Position numbers and translations under genes: made by a program
Shown here: in pieces, positions 26,741 to 36,279 of the stretch
Position numbering within the stretch: position 1 is the stretch's first letter
Layout: each line of letters opens with the position of its first letter
Assembly (NCBI GenBank): GCA_041946805.1
Contig: JBHGBC010000022.1
Location: 1-52,936, forward strand
Origin: a bacterium
GTDB lineage: Bacteria > Hinthialibacterota > Hinthialibacteria > Hinthialibacterales > Hinthialibacteraceae
Direction of reading: 5' to 3'
Length of the DNA: 52,936 bases
Notes under the pieces: generated by a model
The model's input: only the letters and a program-made list of their open reading frames with translations
Database searches by the model: none
What the model was told of the DNA's origin: nothing

Positions 26741-26909
26741 CTCACGCGGCAGGTTTCCTGGCTTCCGGGCTCTTGCGGACCTACTCCCTCGCCTTCTCAT
26801 CCCGGAGGGACAATGGCGGTTGAGGTTTGGTTCCCGGTTACAGTGGCGGGACCGCGCCGGAATTTCACCGGCTTCCCTTTTCCTTCGTCGAGGACGAACA
26901 CCACGCGAG
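26741..26909 (-). ncRNA. Cobalamin (AdoCbl) riboswitch
   Basis: Minus strand: GGTG...AAAAGGGAAGCCGGTGAAATTCCGGCGCGGTCCCGCCACTGTAACCGGG...GCCATTG...GAGAAGGC...CCCGGAAGCCAGGAAACCTGCC (B12 box). Confidence 0.95.
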
Positions 26910-27008
26910 TTTTGTCGCAAGTCATTATACGGATGGGAAGCGGACATGCAAGTGGATTGCAAAAAAACACGCGGATACTTCTGTATGGGATATGGTCTTT
27001 GCCGCAGC

Positions 27009-27629
27009 TCAGGGCAGGGCGAAGTTGACCTTCGGGCGGCCGGGGATGTAGCGGCGGAGAATGCCGATGCTGTACAACCCGTTGGAAGGATCGAACGGCT
27101 GCCATTCCACCGTGCTCGCGCCTTTGTATTTCAAGGCCGGTCCCATGCCGAAGATCACGCCGCTCGCCTGCTTGCGCGGGCCGAAATCCCGGTTGACGGA
27201 CGCGTCGAAATACACGCGGGTCAGGCTGGGATGATAGCGGATGTCGTAGGGATCCCAATGATACTGGGCCTTGGGAAACTGCAGTTCGGTGGCGAAGAGT
27301 TCCCTGGCGTTGGGGACTTGTTGAAAGGGATCCGTCAAAAAGCCGCTCAAATAGGCCACGGGTGTCGTGAGCCAGAAGTTTTGGTTCAGCTCGTGGGAAT
27401 GGGGCGGGACATCGTTCACATCCACCGTGTATTGGAGGATGGCGAGTTCCAGGGTGCGCAGATCGGCGTTGGCGCGGGAGATCTTGGCGCGGACCTGCGC
27501 GTTGAGAAAATTGGGAACCGCGATGGCCGCCAGGATCCCGATGATCGCCACCACGATCAGCAGCTCGATCAGGGTGAACGACGCCCGGGATTCCCGCGCC
27601 GGATTTGCGGATGGCATGCACTGGAACAT
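27009..27629 (-). CDS. Prepilin-type (GspG-like) protein, paralogue 3
   Basis: ..RAS|FTLIELLIVVAIIGILAAIAVPNFLNAQVRAK, LTTPVAYL...DPF, FDPSNGLYSIGIL. Confidence 0.9.
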   Translation of the reverse strand: MFQCMPSANPARESRASFTLIELLIVVAIIGILAAIAVPNFLNAQVRAKISRANADLRTLELAILQYTVDVNDVPPHSHELNQNFWLTTPVAYLSGFLTDPFQQVPNARELFATELQFPKAQYHWDPYDIRYHPSLTRVYFDASVNRDFGPRKQASGVIFGMGPALKYKGASTVEWQPFDPSNGLYSIGILRRYIPGRPKVNFALP

Positions 27630-27663
27630 GTTTTCCCTTTACATGTATTCCCGTCATGAACCA

Positions 27664-28251
27664 TCAGGGGCCCACGACCAGAATGTCGCCATCGCTGACG
27701 GTGCCGTTGGAGGGGTCGTAGTGTGGATATTGCGATCGCGCCTGGGCCTCCGATGAGGGGGTGACGGCCGGGTGGTACATATCCGGCCCGTAGCTCCACG
27801 CCAGTTGGGCGTCTTTCGCGCCGAGGGCCACGGCCTTGGCGCGCAGGGGAGGATTGTTGAACAGGCGTCCGAACAGGGAGCCTTGATTCGCGTCGCCGAA
27901 GACCGCGTCCGCGTGGTATTCGCCGAAGGTGTACATCCGCACGGGACCACTGATGCGGTCATTGCCCTTATAGGATTGGAAGGGATCCTTGGGCGACACA
28001 TTCATGTAGGCGACGGGGGTGGTAAGATAGCGGTTTTGCCAGGGGAAATGGCCGTTGAGATGATTGGGGAAATTGGGCCAGTCGATCCGGTAGGCGGCGA
28101 TACCGGTCATATAGGCTTTCAGGCCTGCTTGCACGTTGGCGATTTTGGCGCGGACCTGCGCGTTGAGAAAATTGGGAACGGCGATCGCGGCCAGGATGCC
28201 GATGATCGCCACCACGATCAGCAGTTCGATCAGCGTAAAAGCCCGAGACAT
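27664..28251 (-). CDS. Prepilin-type (GspG-like) protein, paralogue 4
   Basis: MSRA|FTLIELLIVVAIIGILAAIAVPNFLNAQVRAK, LTTPVAYM...DPF, YDPSNGTVSDGDI. Start at ATG 28251 with GGAG RBS. Confidence 0.9.
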   Translation of the reverse strand: MSRAFTLIELLIVVAIIGILAAIAVPNFLNAQVRAKIANVQAGLKAYMTGIAAYRIDWPNFPNHLNGHFPWQNRYLTTPVAYMNVSPKDPFQSYKGNDRISGPVRMYTFGEYHADAVFGDANQGSLFGRLFNNPPLRAKAVALGAKDAQLAWSYGPDMYHPAVTPSSEAQARSQYPHYDPSNGTVSDGDILVVGP

Positions 28252-28527
28252 GTCACGCGCTCCCCTCTGGGCAAAAATGAATCCCGCCGCTCCTTCGATC
28301 CAGCCATATCCACGTACGCCGCCCTTCCTACATCCATTCTCCCCGATGCCATGCCGCGGTGTCAACCTGGTTTCGTTGATTTATAGGGGAAAACGGGAAT
28401 AAACCATCTTTCACCCCGGATTGGATGCCGCGGTTGCGGTGCGGTCCTGGCGGAAAATGGTTACCGGATTACCGGCGCGGCGGAAGGTCCGCCCACTCCT
28501 GGAATTCTCCCTTTTCCCCGTCTCCAC

Positions 28528-28568
28528 AAAAAGAAAAGCCAGACAGGAACGAACCCTGCCTGGCTTTT
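28528..28568 (-). terminator. Intrinsic terminator after the OmpA-family gene
   Basis: AAAAGCCAGACAGG-loop-CCTGCCTGGCTTTT with an A-run at 28528-37 (U-tail on the minus strand). Confidence 0.75.
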
Positions 28569-28592
28569 ACGGACGAATCATACCACGGCGGT

Positions 28593-29717
28593 TTATTGGA
28601 TTACGGAGAATTCCGCCCGGCGGTTCATGGCCATGTTTTCCTCGGTGGTGTTGGGCCGGATGGGCCGCGTCTCACCATACCCGCGGGTGACCATGCGGTC
28701 GGCGGCGATACCTTGATCAATCAGGAAGTTCTTGACCGCGTCGGCCCGGCGCTCGGAGAGTTTCTGGTTGTACTGCAGCGAGCCGCGGAAGTCGCAATGC
28801 CCGTCGACGTAGATCTTCATGTCAGGATTCTGCTTGAGGACGGAGGCGACTTCGGTCAGATCGCCGACGTATTCCTGCTTCACGACGGCCTTGTCATAAT
28901 CGAAGTAGACGTTGGCCACGATCCAGCAACCCCGTTCATCGACCTTGGCGCCCTTGGGCGTGTCGGGGCATTCATCCTTGGAGTCCGGCACGCCGTCGCC
29001 GTCGCTGTCTTTCTCGGCTTCCACGGGAATTTCCACCGGCGGCTGCGGAGGTGTAACCGCTTCACCCTTGGTGAAGAAGACGGTCCGGACGAAATCATCC
29101 ATGGCGTTGGGGGTATAAATCGATTCGCCGGTGCGGGCGCTACCGCAATTGGAGGCGCCGGCGATCTGGCGAAGCAGGTCGCCGCCCGCCACGCTCTGGC
29201 TGATCTGCACGGTATGGATGCACACATCACCCGAGGCGGCCAGGTTCTTGGCCGCTTCCAGGGCGTAAGCCGGATCGGTCGCCACGCCGTCGGAGAAGAG
29301 GATCACGGCCGTGCGTCCGGTCGATTGCGCAATCATGCCTTTCACCTGGTCCAGGCATTCGCCGATGGGCGTGGAGCGGCCGATGAAGGGAATGGTCTGA
29401 GCCTTCAGCGCCAATCCGCTCTCCTGGACGGGCTGCAGGTTATGGATTTCGAAATCATCCCCGCCGAAAATGACCATGCCTGTCTGATAATTCCCTTCCG
29501 GCATGGTTTGGGCGAAGGCTTCCACCAGGGCGCGGGTCACGCGGATTTTATCCAGTTGCATCGACGTGGAGCCGTCCACGACGATCACGGCCTGGTTGAC
29601 CGCCAGTTCCTCCCCTTCCGCCGGGACGACCGGTCCGTGAAACGTGGCGCGATACGGAACCGTTCCACACCCCGCCATCCATATAGCCACAACCGCCAAA
29701 GAAATCCATTTTTTCAT
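28593..29717 (-). CDS. Lipoprotein with vWA domain, TSP3-like repeat and OmpA C-terminal peptidoglycan-binding domain
   Basis: Lipobox MAGC, MIDAS-like DGSTSM..T..FSDG, DSDGDGVPDSKDECPDTP, GHCD.RG...YNQKLSERRA, GYGETRP, NRRAE. Start at ATG 29717 (AGGAG RBS). Confidence 0.9.
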   Translation of the reverse strand: MKKWISLAVVAIWMAGCGTVPYRATFHGPVVPAEGEELAVNQAVIVVDGSTSMQLDKIRVTRALVEAFAQTMPEGNYQTGMVIFGGDDFEIHNLQPVQESGLALKAQTIPFIGRSTPIGECLDQVKGMIAQSTGRTAVILFSDGVATDPAYALEAAKNLAASGDVCIHTVQISQSVAGGDLLRQIAGASNCGSARTGESIYTPNAMDDFVRTVFFTKGEAVTPPQPPVEIPVEAEKDSDGDGVPDSKDECPDTPKGAKVDERGCWIVANVYFDYDKAVVKQEYVGDLTEVASVLKQNPDMKIYVDGHCDFRGSLQYNQKLSERRADAVKNFLIDQGIAADRMVTRGYGETRPIRPNTTEENMAMNRRAEFSVIQ

Positions 29718-30384
29718 TTCGCTTCTCCTTACCATGAGTTGATTATGACCTTTTTCCGACTCGTCTAACGTGATTCCCTCGCCGGACCTCCGCGTTCGCT
29801 GGCCGGGATGGATTCCCACTCCCGTCCCAACGACATCCGGTTACACCCTCTCCCGAAAAATCGGAAAGGGGAATTGTACTGCGTTTTCAGAATCGCTCCA
29901 ACATGTTTTCGAAGGCATCCCACATTCCCGGACGGCTTCAACTCAAATAAATTACATCATTTTTGTGAAATTTACCAGCCTGATTCTCTTCTCTCCCGCG
30001 GCTTTTCTTCAGGATACAGGACTACCCCTCCCCTCGAAAGGCGGAAGCCGGATCTGGCGTGAATATCCCCATCCCGAGACAATTCGAAGCCAAGCGGCTG
30101 CAACATTACAGTAAGGAAGATTTTTTCAAAAAAGTGGGCTTTCGGGAAGGGAAGCAGGCCATTTGGATGGAGAAAATCGATAAATTTCCAGGCCCCGTTC
30201 ATTTTTGATCCGCAAGTCCATGCAAATGAAGTGGATAAGATGTCATCTGAAGCGGGCTGGAGTGGATTGTCCCTTCATCATTTTGCGCCATTCCATCTAT
30301 ACAGCGGGGAGTGAGTCCTGTTTGATAGTGGGGAAGAACGGCATACAGGCCAGGAATACCGAAGGGAAGCAAAGGGGAAAAATC

Positions 30385-32241
30385 ATGCGCGGGAAAAAAT
30401 GGATCGACGGGTGGGTAATTTTTCTGTTTTTCACTTTGACCGCGGGATCGCAGGACCGGGCGGAATCCATCCGGACGAACTACACGAAATATGAATACCG
30501 GATCCCCATGCGGGACGGCGTGAAATTGTTCACGGCGGCGTACATCCCCAACGACCGCTCGAAGACTCATCCCTTCCTTTTAACCCGGACGCCATACAGC
30601 GTCGCACCCTACGGGGCCGACCGCTACCGGGAGTATCTGGGGCCGCGCGGGATGGAGGAAGAAGGCTATATCTTCGTGTTCCAGGATGTGCGGGGACGGT
30701 ACATGTCGGAAGGAGAATTCGTCCACATGCGCCCCCACAACGACAACAAGAATTCGAACCAGGACATCGACGAAAGCACCGATACCTATGACACCATCGA
30801 TTGGCTGCTGAACCACGTCGCAAACCACAATGGCAAGGTGGGGCAATGGGGGATTTCCTATCCGGGCTTCTACAGCTCGGCGGGAGCCATCGACTCGCAT
30901 CCCGCGCTCAAGGCGGTCTCGCCCCAGGCGCCGGTCGCGGATTGGTTCTGGGACGATTTTCACTTTCACGGGGCGTTCGCGTTGTCGCCGGCCTACGGAT
31001 TTTTTTCGGTCAATGGAATCGAACACAAGGAGCGGATCCAGAAGACGCCGGAACCCATCGCGAAAATCGAGTCGGCGGACATGTTCCAATTTTTCCTGGA
31101 TCTCGGGCCGTTGAAAAACGTGAACGGGAAATATTTCAAGGGCGAAATCGATTTCTGGAACCAGTTCGTGAACCATCCCAATTACGATGCGTTCTGGAAA
31201 GCCCGGAACATCCTGCCCCATTTGAAGAACATCCGCGCGGCGGTGCTGGTGGTGGGCGGGTGGTTTGACACGGAAGACTTCTACGGGCCGCTCAAGACCT
31301 ACGAGGCCATCGAGCGGCAGAATCCCGGAACGAGCAACCGGTTGGTGGTCGGGCCCTGGTTTCATGGCGGCTGGACGGGGGAGGGCCGGGCGCTGGGCGA
31401 CTTGGATTTCGGCTTCCAAACCGGCGAGTATTATATCGAAAACGTCTTTGTGAAGTTCATGAATCACTATCTGAAGGACGGCGATGACGATCTCGATTTG
31501 CCCGAGGCGTTCCTGTTCGAGACGGGCGCGAACCGGTGGCGGACATTCGGAGCGTGGCCCCCGGCGGAACGCGAAACGCGAAACCTGTTTCTCCACGGCC
31601 GCGGCGCGCTCTCGTTCGAAAAACCCGCCGATCCAGACACCGAGTTTGACGCCTATGTCAGCGATCCGGCGAAACCGGTACCCCATTCGGGCAAGATCCT
31701 GACCAGTTGGGCGAAGCGCTACCGGGCGCAGGAATTCTTCGGGGAAGACCAACGCTTCGCCGCCTCGCGTCCCGATGTTCTGGTGTTTAAAACCGATCCG
31801 CTGACCGAAGACATCACCTTCGCCGGGCCGTTGCGGGCGAATCTGTTCGTGTCGACCACCGGCACGGATTCGGACTGGGTGGTGAAATTGATCGATGTGA
31901 TCCCTTATGACGATCCGGAGAAGGGAGGGCAGCAGTCGCTGGTGCGGGCGCAAGTGTTCCGGGGACGCTACCGGAACAGTTATGAATTCCCCGAACCGTT
32001 CCAACCGGGAGAAATCACCGAAGTCTCCTTCGAGATGCCCGATATTCTGCACACGTTCCAGAGCGGCCACCGGATCATGGTTCAGGTGCAAAGCACGTGG
32101 TTTCCGTTCATCGACCGCAATCCGCAAAAGTATGTGCCCAATATATTCGAAGCGAGTGAAGACGATTTCATACCCGTGACCAACCGGATTTATCACACGG
32201 CGGACCAAGCCAGCCATATCCAGGTGGGAATCTTGAATTGA
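30385..32241 (+). CDS. CocE/NonD family hydrolase (S15; alpha-amino-acid ester hydrolase/glutaryl-7-ACA acylase-like), exported
   Basis: IPMRDGVKL, RTPY, QDVRGRYMSEG, nucleophile WGISYPG, GGWFDTED, GPWFHG. Signal peptide from ATG 30385. Confidence 0.92.
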   Translation: MRGKKWIDGWVIFLFFTLTAGSQDRAESIRTNYTKYEYRIPMRDGVKLFTAAYIPNDRSKTHPFLLTRTPYSVAPYGADRYREYLGPRGMEEEGYIFVFQDVRGRYMSEGEFVHMRPHNDNKNSNQDIDESTDTYDTIDWLLNHVANHNGKVGQWGISYPGFYSSAGAIDSHPALKAVSPQAPVADWFWDDFHFHGAFALSPAYGFFSVNGIEHKERIQKTPEPIAKIESADMFQFFLDLGPLKNVNGKYFKGEIDFWNQFVNHPNYDAFWKARNILPHLKNIRAAVLVVGGWFDTEDFYGPLKTYEAIERQNPGTSNRLVVGPWFHGGWTGEGRALGDLDFGFQTGEYYIENVFVKFMNHYLKDGDDDLDLPEAFLFETGANRWRTFGAWPPAERETRNLFLHGRGALSFEKPADPDTEFDAYVSDPAKPVPHSGKILTSWAKRYRAQEFFGEDQRFAASRPDVLVFKTDPLTEDITFAGPLRANLFVSTTGTDSDWVVKLIDVIPYDDPEKGGQQSLVRAQVFRGRYRNSYEFPEPFQPGEITEVSFEMPDILHTFQSGHRIMVQVQSTWFPFIDRNPQKYVPNIFEASEDDFIPVTNRIYHTADQASHIQVGILN

Positions 32242-32283
32242 CGGAATGGTGTTTGCATCCGGCGGGACGGAGAGAAGGCGGAT

Positions 32284-33759
32284 TCACGCTTCCGGCCAGA
32301 AGCGCTCGGTGATGATGCGGTCTTCCGTGAAGAAGTTGATGACCGCCTTGCCCTGGGCCTTGATGTGCGAAAATTGCGAGGCCTTCATGCCGCCGAAAGG
32401 CAGATAGGCCACCGGGGCGGGGATGCCGACGTTGATACCAATCATGCCGCATTCCGTTTTTAACTTGAACTCCCGGGCGGAATGACCGTTTTGTGTATAG
32501 ATGGAAGCCCCGTTGCCATACTGATGCGCGTTGATGATCCCGATCGCCTCCTCCAGCGTATCCGCCTGGAGGATCACCACCACCGGGCCGAAGATCTCGG
32601 TCTTGTGGATTTCCATCCCAGGCTTGACGTCGACAAACACCGTCGGGCCGACGAAGTAGCCCTTCTCGCATCCGGGCACGGCCGCGCCCCGTCCGTCCAG
32701 GGCCAGCACCGCGCCTTCCCGCACGCCGGTGTCGATCATCCGGTGGATGTATTCCTTGGCTTTCGCGGAGATCACCGGTCCCATGAGCATGGGTTCGTCA
32801 ATATAACGGGGATCCAGCGGATTCCCCAGGATCACCTTCTTGGAATCCTCGATGAATCGATCACAAATGGTTTTATAGGCGTTGTCCCCGACGGCGATGA
32901 TCGCCGAGGAGGCCATGCAGCGCTGGCCGGCGCAACCGAAGCAGGAGGTCACCATGTTCCGGACGGCTTCATCCATGCGGGCGTCGGGCATGACCACCAG
33001 GTGGTTCTTGGCGCTGCCCATCGCCTGGAAGCGTTTGTTGGACCGGGCGCAGCGTTCGGCGATGATCCGGCAGGTGGCCGTGGAGCCGACCATCGAGACG
33101 CCCTTGACCTGGGGATTGTCCATGAAGGCGTTGGCCACGCTGCGGTCTCCGTTCACCAAGTTGAACACGCCTGGAGGAAAGCCGGATCGGCCGATGAGTT
33201 CCGTCAGGAGTTGCATGGTCATGGGCACGCGGGGCGAGGGCTTGGCGACGAAGGTATTGCCCGTGGCCAGCGCATACGGGATGAACCAGAAGGGGACCAT
33301 GGCCGGGAAGTTGAAGGGCGCGATGAGGGTGAAGACGCCCAGGGGCACGCGGATCACTTCGCCGTCGATCCCATACGCGCAGCCGATCACCTTGTCGCCT
33401 TGCTGCATGACCGGCATGCCGCAGGCGGCCTCGCAATTCTCCAGCGTGCGTTTCATCTCCGCGCGCGCGTCGGTCACCGACTTGCCCATCTCGGCGGTCA
33501 GGACGCGGGCGATCTCCTCTTCCCGGGCGCGGAGGAGTTCCACCAACTTATACAAGGGCTGCACCCGGCGGGAGACGGGCGTTTGGCTCCAGGCAGGATA
33601 CGCTTCAGCGGCGGCGGCGATGGCGCGGTCCGCTTCGGCGGCAGTGGACAGGGGATTGCGGGCTAAAACTTCGCCGGTGCTGGGATTCTCGACATCGAGC
33701 CAGCCTTCATTCTCCGCCTCAACCCAACTTCCGCCGATATAGTTTTTCAAATCTTTCAT
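32284..33759 (-). CDS. iolA: CoA-acylating (methyl)malonate-semialdehyde dehydrogenase
   Basis: APFNFPAMVPFW, AKNHLVVMPDA, GCAGQRCMA, EIFGPV, YGNGASIYT, GINVGIPAP; within the iol cluster. Start at 33759 (GGAGG RBS). Confidence 0.92.
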   Translation of the reverse strand: MKDLKNYIGGSWVEAENEGWLDVENPSTGEVLARNPLSTAAEADRAIAAAAEAYPAWSQTPVSRRVQPLYKLVELLRAREEEIARVLTAEMGKSVTDARAEMKRTLENCEAACGMPVMQQGDKVIGCAYGIDGEVIRVPLGVFTLIAPFNFPAMVPFWFIPYALATGNTFVAKPSPRVPMTMQLLTELIGRSGFPPGVFNLVNGDRSVANAFMDNPQVKGVSMVGSTATCRIIAERCARSNKRFQAMGSAKNHLVVMPDARMDEAVRNMVTSCFGCAGQRCMASSAIIAVGDNAYKTICDRFIEDSKKVILGNPLDPRYIDEPMLMGPVISAKAKEYIHRMIDTGVREGAVLALDGRGAAVPGCEKGYFVGPTVFVDVKPGMEIHKTEIFGPVVVILQADTLEEAIGIINAHQYGNGASIYTQNGHSAREFKLKTECGMIGINVGIPAPVAYLPFGGMKASQFSHIKAQGKAVINFFTEDRIITERFWPEA

Positions 33760-33799
33760 AAGAACCTCCATCCATCTCTGGGCGGGCTGGAATTGTCAT

Positions 33800-33909
33800 G
33801 GTGGTTTTTGCTGCGCTCAACTCATCCTACCTCATTATTCCCTCTCCCTCTGCTGATCTTTACCCAGAAATAAATGTAGAATGGGTTAGCGCGCAGCGCG
33901 TAATCCATC
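33800..33909. repeat. Pair of oppositely oriented GTAG-type REPs
   Basis: 33800-33830 ends ...CTCATCCTAC; 33876-33909 is GTAGAATGGGTTAGCGCGCAGCGCGTAATCCATC; related copy at 40651-40683. Confidence 0.7.
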
Positions 33910-33934
33910 AACAACTCCCTCACCCCTTTCCAGT

Positions 33935-33967
33935 CCCTCTCCCTCTGGGAGAGGATTAGGGTGAGGG
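33935..33967 (-). repeat. Family A palindrome
   Basis: CCCTCTCCCTCTGGGAGAGGATTAGGGTGAGGG. Confidence 0.8.
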
Positions 33968-34123
33968 AAGCCCTTGTTGAACTGACAAACCTTCGATTGG
34001 CGGATAAACCTGTGCTACGAATGGGAGGGCGAGGCTCCCGCAAAGCCGGTTGATAATCCAAATCCTATGAATTATGTGACGGCTTACCGTGAGGTTCGCC
34101 CTCTCGTTTTCTCTCCCCGCCGC

Positions 34124-35152
34124 TTACCGGATTTCCGCCACGTTCACCGGGCGGTTTTCGGCCAGGGAACGTTTCGCCGCCAGGCCGATGATCACGGGGG
34201 CCAGGCCGTCCTGCCCCGTCACCGGCGGGGGCGTGTCGTTGACGATGGCTTCTATGAACAATTTCATTTCTAAGACGTACGAATCGATGTAGCGGTCCAT
34301 GAAGAAGTGCAGCGGCAACGGCGAATGGATCCCTTCTTCGTCGCAGAGCTGCGTGCGCGTGGGCGTGTTGTTCTCGGCGCGGACCATGCCCTTGGATCCG
34401 AAGACCTCCACCCGCTGATCGTACCCGTACACCGCCCGGCGGCAATTGTCGATGCAGGCCAGCGCGCCGTTCGCGAAATGCAGGGTGATCAAGGCCGTGT
34501 CGATGTCCCCCGCCTGGCCGATGGCGGGATCCACCAGGACGCCGCCGGCCGCGTACACCGTTTCCACCTCGCTGTCCACGAGGTAGCGCGCCATGTCGAA
34601 ATCGTGGATGGTCATGTCCAGAAACATCCCGCCGGATACGCGGATGTAGTCGACTGGAGGCGGGGCGGGATCGCGGCTGGTGATCCGCACGATCTGGACA
34701 TCCCCGACGCGGCCTTCGGTGATTTTCCTGCGCACTTCCCAAAAATTGGGATCGAAGCGCCGGTTGAATCCGACTTGAAACTTGACGCCGGCTTTGTCCA
34801 CCGCCCGCAGGCAACGGTCGATGCGGTCCAGGTCGAAGTCAATGGGCTTTTCGCAAAAGATGTGCTTGCCCGCCGCCGCCGCGGCTTCGATCAACGGCGC
34901 GTGGGTGTTGGTGGAGGAACAGATGGCGACCGCCCCGATCTCGGGATTGCTTAGAATCGGTTCGGCATCCGGGTACACCGGCGTCACGTGGAAGCGGTCC
35001 GCGCACGCCCGCGCCGCGGCCAGGTCGGGATCCGAAATCGCTGCCAGGCGGGCGTTGGGGATGCGGTAAGCCAGGTGTTCCGCGTGGACCTTGCCGATCC
35101 GCCCGGCCCCGATCACGCCGACGTGGATGAGTGTGGATGGATTCATATTCAT
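34124..35152 (-). CDS. iolG: Inositol 2-dehydrogenase (Gfo/Idh/MocA)
   Basis: GAGRIG, FCEKP, GFNRRFD, ITSRDP, SGGMFLDMTIHDFD, YGYDQRVE. Confidence 0.93.
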   Translation of the reverse strand: MNMNPSTLIHVGVIGAGRIGKVHAEHLAYRIPNARLAAISDPDLAAARACADRFHVTPVYPDAEPILSNPEIGAVAICSSTNTHAPLIEAAAAAGKHIFCEKPIDFDLDRIDRCLRAVDKAGVKFQVGFNRRFDPNFWEVRRKITEGRVGDVQIVRITSRDPAPPPVDYIRVSGGMFLDMTIHDFDMARYLVDSEVETVYAAGGVLVDPAIGQAGDIDTALITLHFANGALACIDNCRRAVYGYDQRVEVFGSKGMVRAENNTPTRTQLCDEEGIHSPLPLHFFMDRYIDSYVLEMKLFIEAIVNDTPPPVTGQDGLAPVIIGLAAKRSLAENRPVNVAEIR

Positions 35153-35223
35153 CTCTCCTGGAAAGAAAATCCAGCTGGTTTTGATGGATCCTGCCGCGCT
35201 GTGAACCTACCCCGCAGGTCTTG

Positions 35224-35257
35224 CCCTCACCCTGGTCCTCTCCCAGGGGGAGAGGGA
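35224..35257 (+). repeat. Family A palindrome
   Basis: CCCTCACCCTGGTCCTCTCCCAGGGGGAGAGGGA. Confidence 0.85.
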
Positions 35258-35350
35258 ATTGGTTACTTTTCATTCAATCATTGCAGGAACATGCCCCTGG
35301 ATATCGCGTTAGGCATCATAAGCGCCCCAAAAATCAAATCGGATTCCAAA

Positions 35351-36253
35351 TCACAATCCCAGCGATTGCAGATAGGCGCGGTTGCGTTGGGCGCTGTCGA
35401 GGGGCGTGCCCATGCCGGGCAGCACGTCCTGCTCCACCACGATCCACCCTTCGTATTGCCGCGCATTCAATTCCTGGACGATGGCGGGGAAATCGACGGA
35501 TCCTTTCCCCAATTCGCAAAACACACCGTGTTGGACGGCGGCGAAATAGTCCCATTGCCGGGCACGGGCTTCGGCGGCCACCTGGGGATGGCAATCCTTG
35601 AAATGTACGTGCCAGATCCGGTCCCAATGGGTTTTCAAGCCTTCCAGCGCGTTGCCGCCGCCGTAAGCGTAATGGCCGGTGTCGAAGCAAAGGCCGATCA
35701 CGTCCGGATCGGTCAGTTCCAGCAGGCGCTCGACTTCCGCGGGCGTTTCCACGTACCCGGCGCAATGATGGTGAAACACAGTCCGCAGGCCGGTTTCATT
35801 GTGAACCGCGCGGGCGATGTGATTCGCCCCTTGCGCGAAGGTTTTCCATTGGATGGAATTCAAACCGTGGCCGGGGCGGATGCGTCCGGCGTTGCGGGTG
35901 CGATCTGCCACCTGGCCGTTGTCATCGGCCAGGACGAGGAAGGGCGATTCGCCCGCCGCCGCCAGCAGCCTGGCGACGCGCAGGCTCGTGTCCACGCCCT
36001 CGGCAAGGGCCTCGGGATTCGCCAGCGCCACCGGGACAAACGCGCCCAAAAGGGCCAGCCCCCGCCGTTCCAGTTCCCGGCGCAGGATGGAGGGATCGGT
36101 GGGCATGAATCCCCAATCCCCCAGTTCGGTGCCCTGGTAGCCCGACGCGGCCATTTCGTCCAGCACCTGGGCATAACCGGCGGCTTTTCCCTCGAGGTCA
36201 AATTCCAATACCCCCCACGAACAGGGCGCGTTGGCGATGCGGATGGAAGGCAT
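35351..36253 (-). CDS. iolE: myo-Inosose-2 dehydratase (xylose-isomerase-like TIM barrel)
   Basis: [50 protein letters not shown]. Start at ATG 36253 (AAGGAG RBS). Confidence 0.85.
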   Translation of the reverse strand: MPSIRIANAPCSWGVLEFDLEGKAAGYAQVLDEMAASGYQGTELGDWGFMPTDPSILRRELERRGLALLGAFVPVALANPEALAEGVDTSLRVARLLAAAGESPFLVLADDNGQVADRTRNAGRIRPGHGLNSIQWKTFAQGANHIARAVHNETGLRTVFHHHCAGYVETPAEVERLLELTDPDVIGLCFDTGHYAYGGGNALEGLKTHWDRIWHVHFKDCHPQVAAEARARQWDYFAAVQHGVFCELGKGSVDFPAIVQELNARQYEGWIVVEQDVLPGMGTPLDSAQRNRAYLQSLGL

Positions 36254-36279
36254 ATAGGAACTCCTTCTGGTCAATGAAA

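Noticed and set aside
26691..27659. ORFs 26691-27659 (+), 26797-27657 (-) and 26663-26962 (-) spanning the riboswitch
   Set aside because: They overlap a clear pilin gene and a canonical cobalamin riboswitch; translations look non-protein-like.
16373..28251. Diversity-generating retroelement or shufflon acting on the pilin genes
   Set aside because: No reverse transcriptase, recombinase or template/variable repeat pair seen; similarity is limited to conserved protein motifs.
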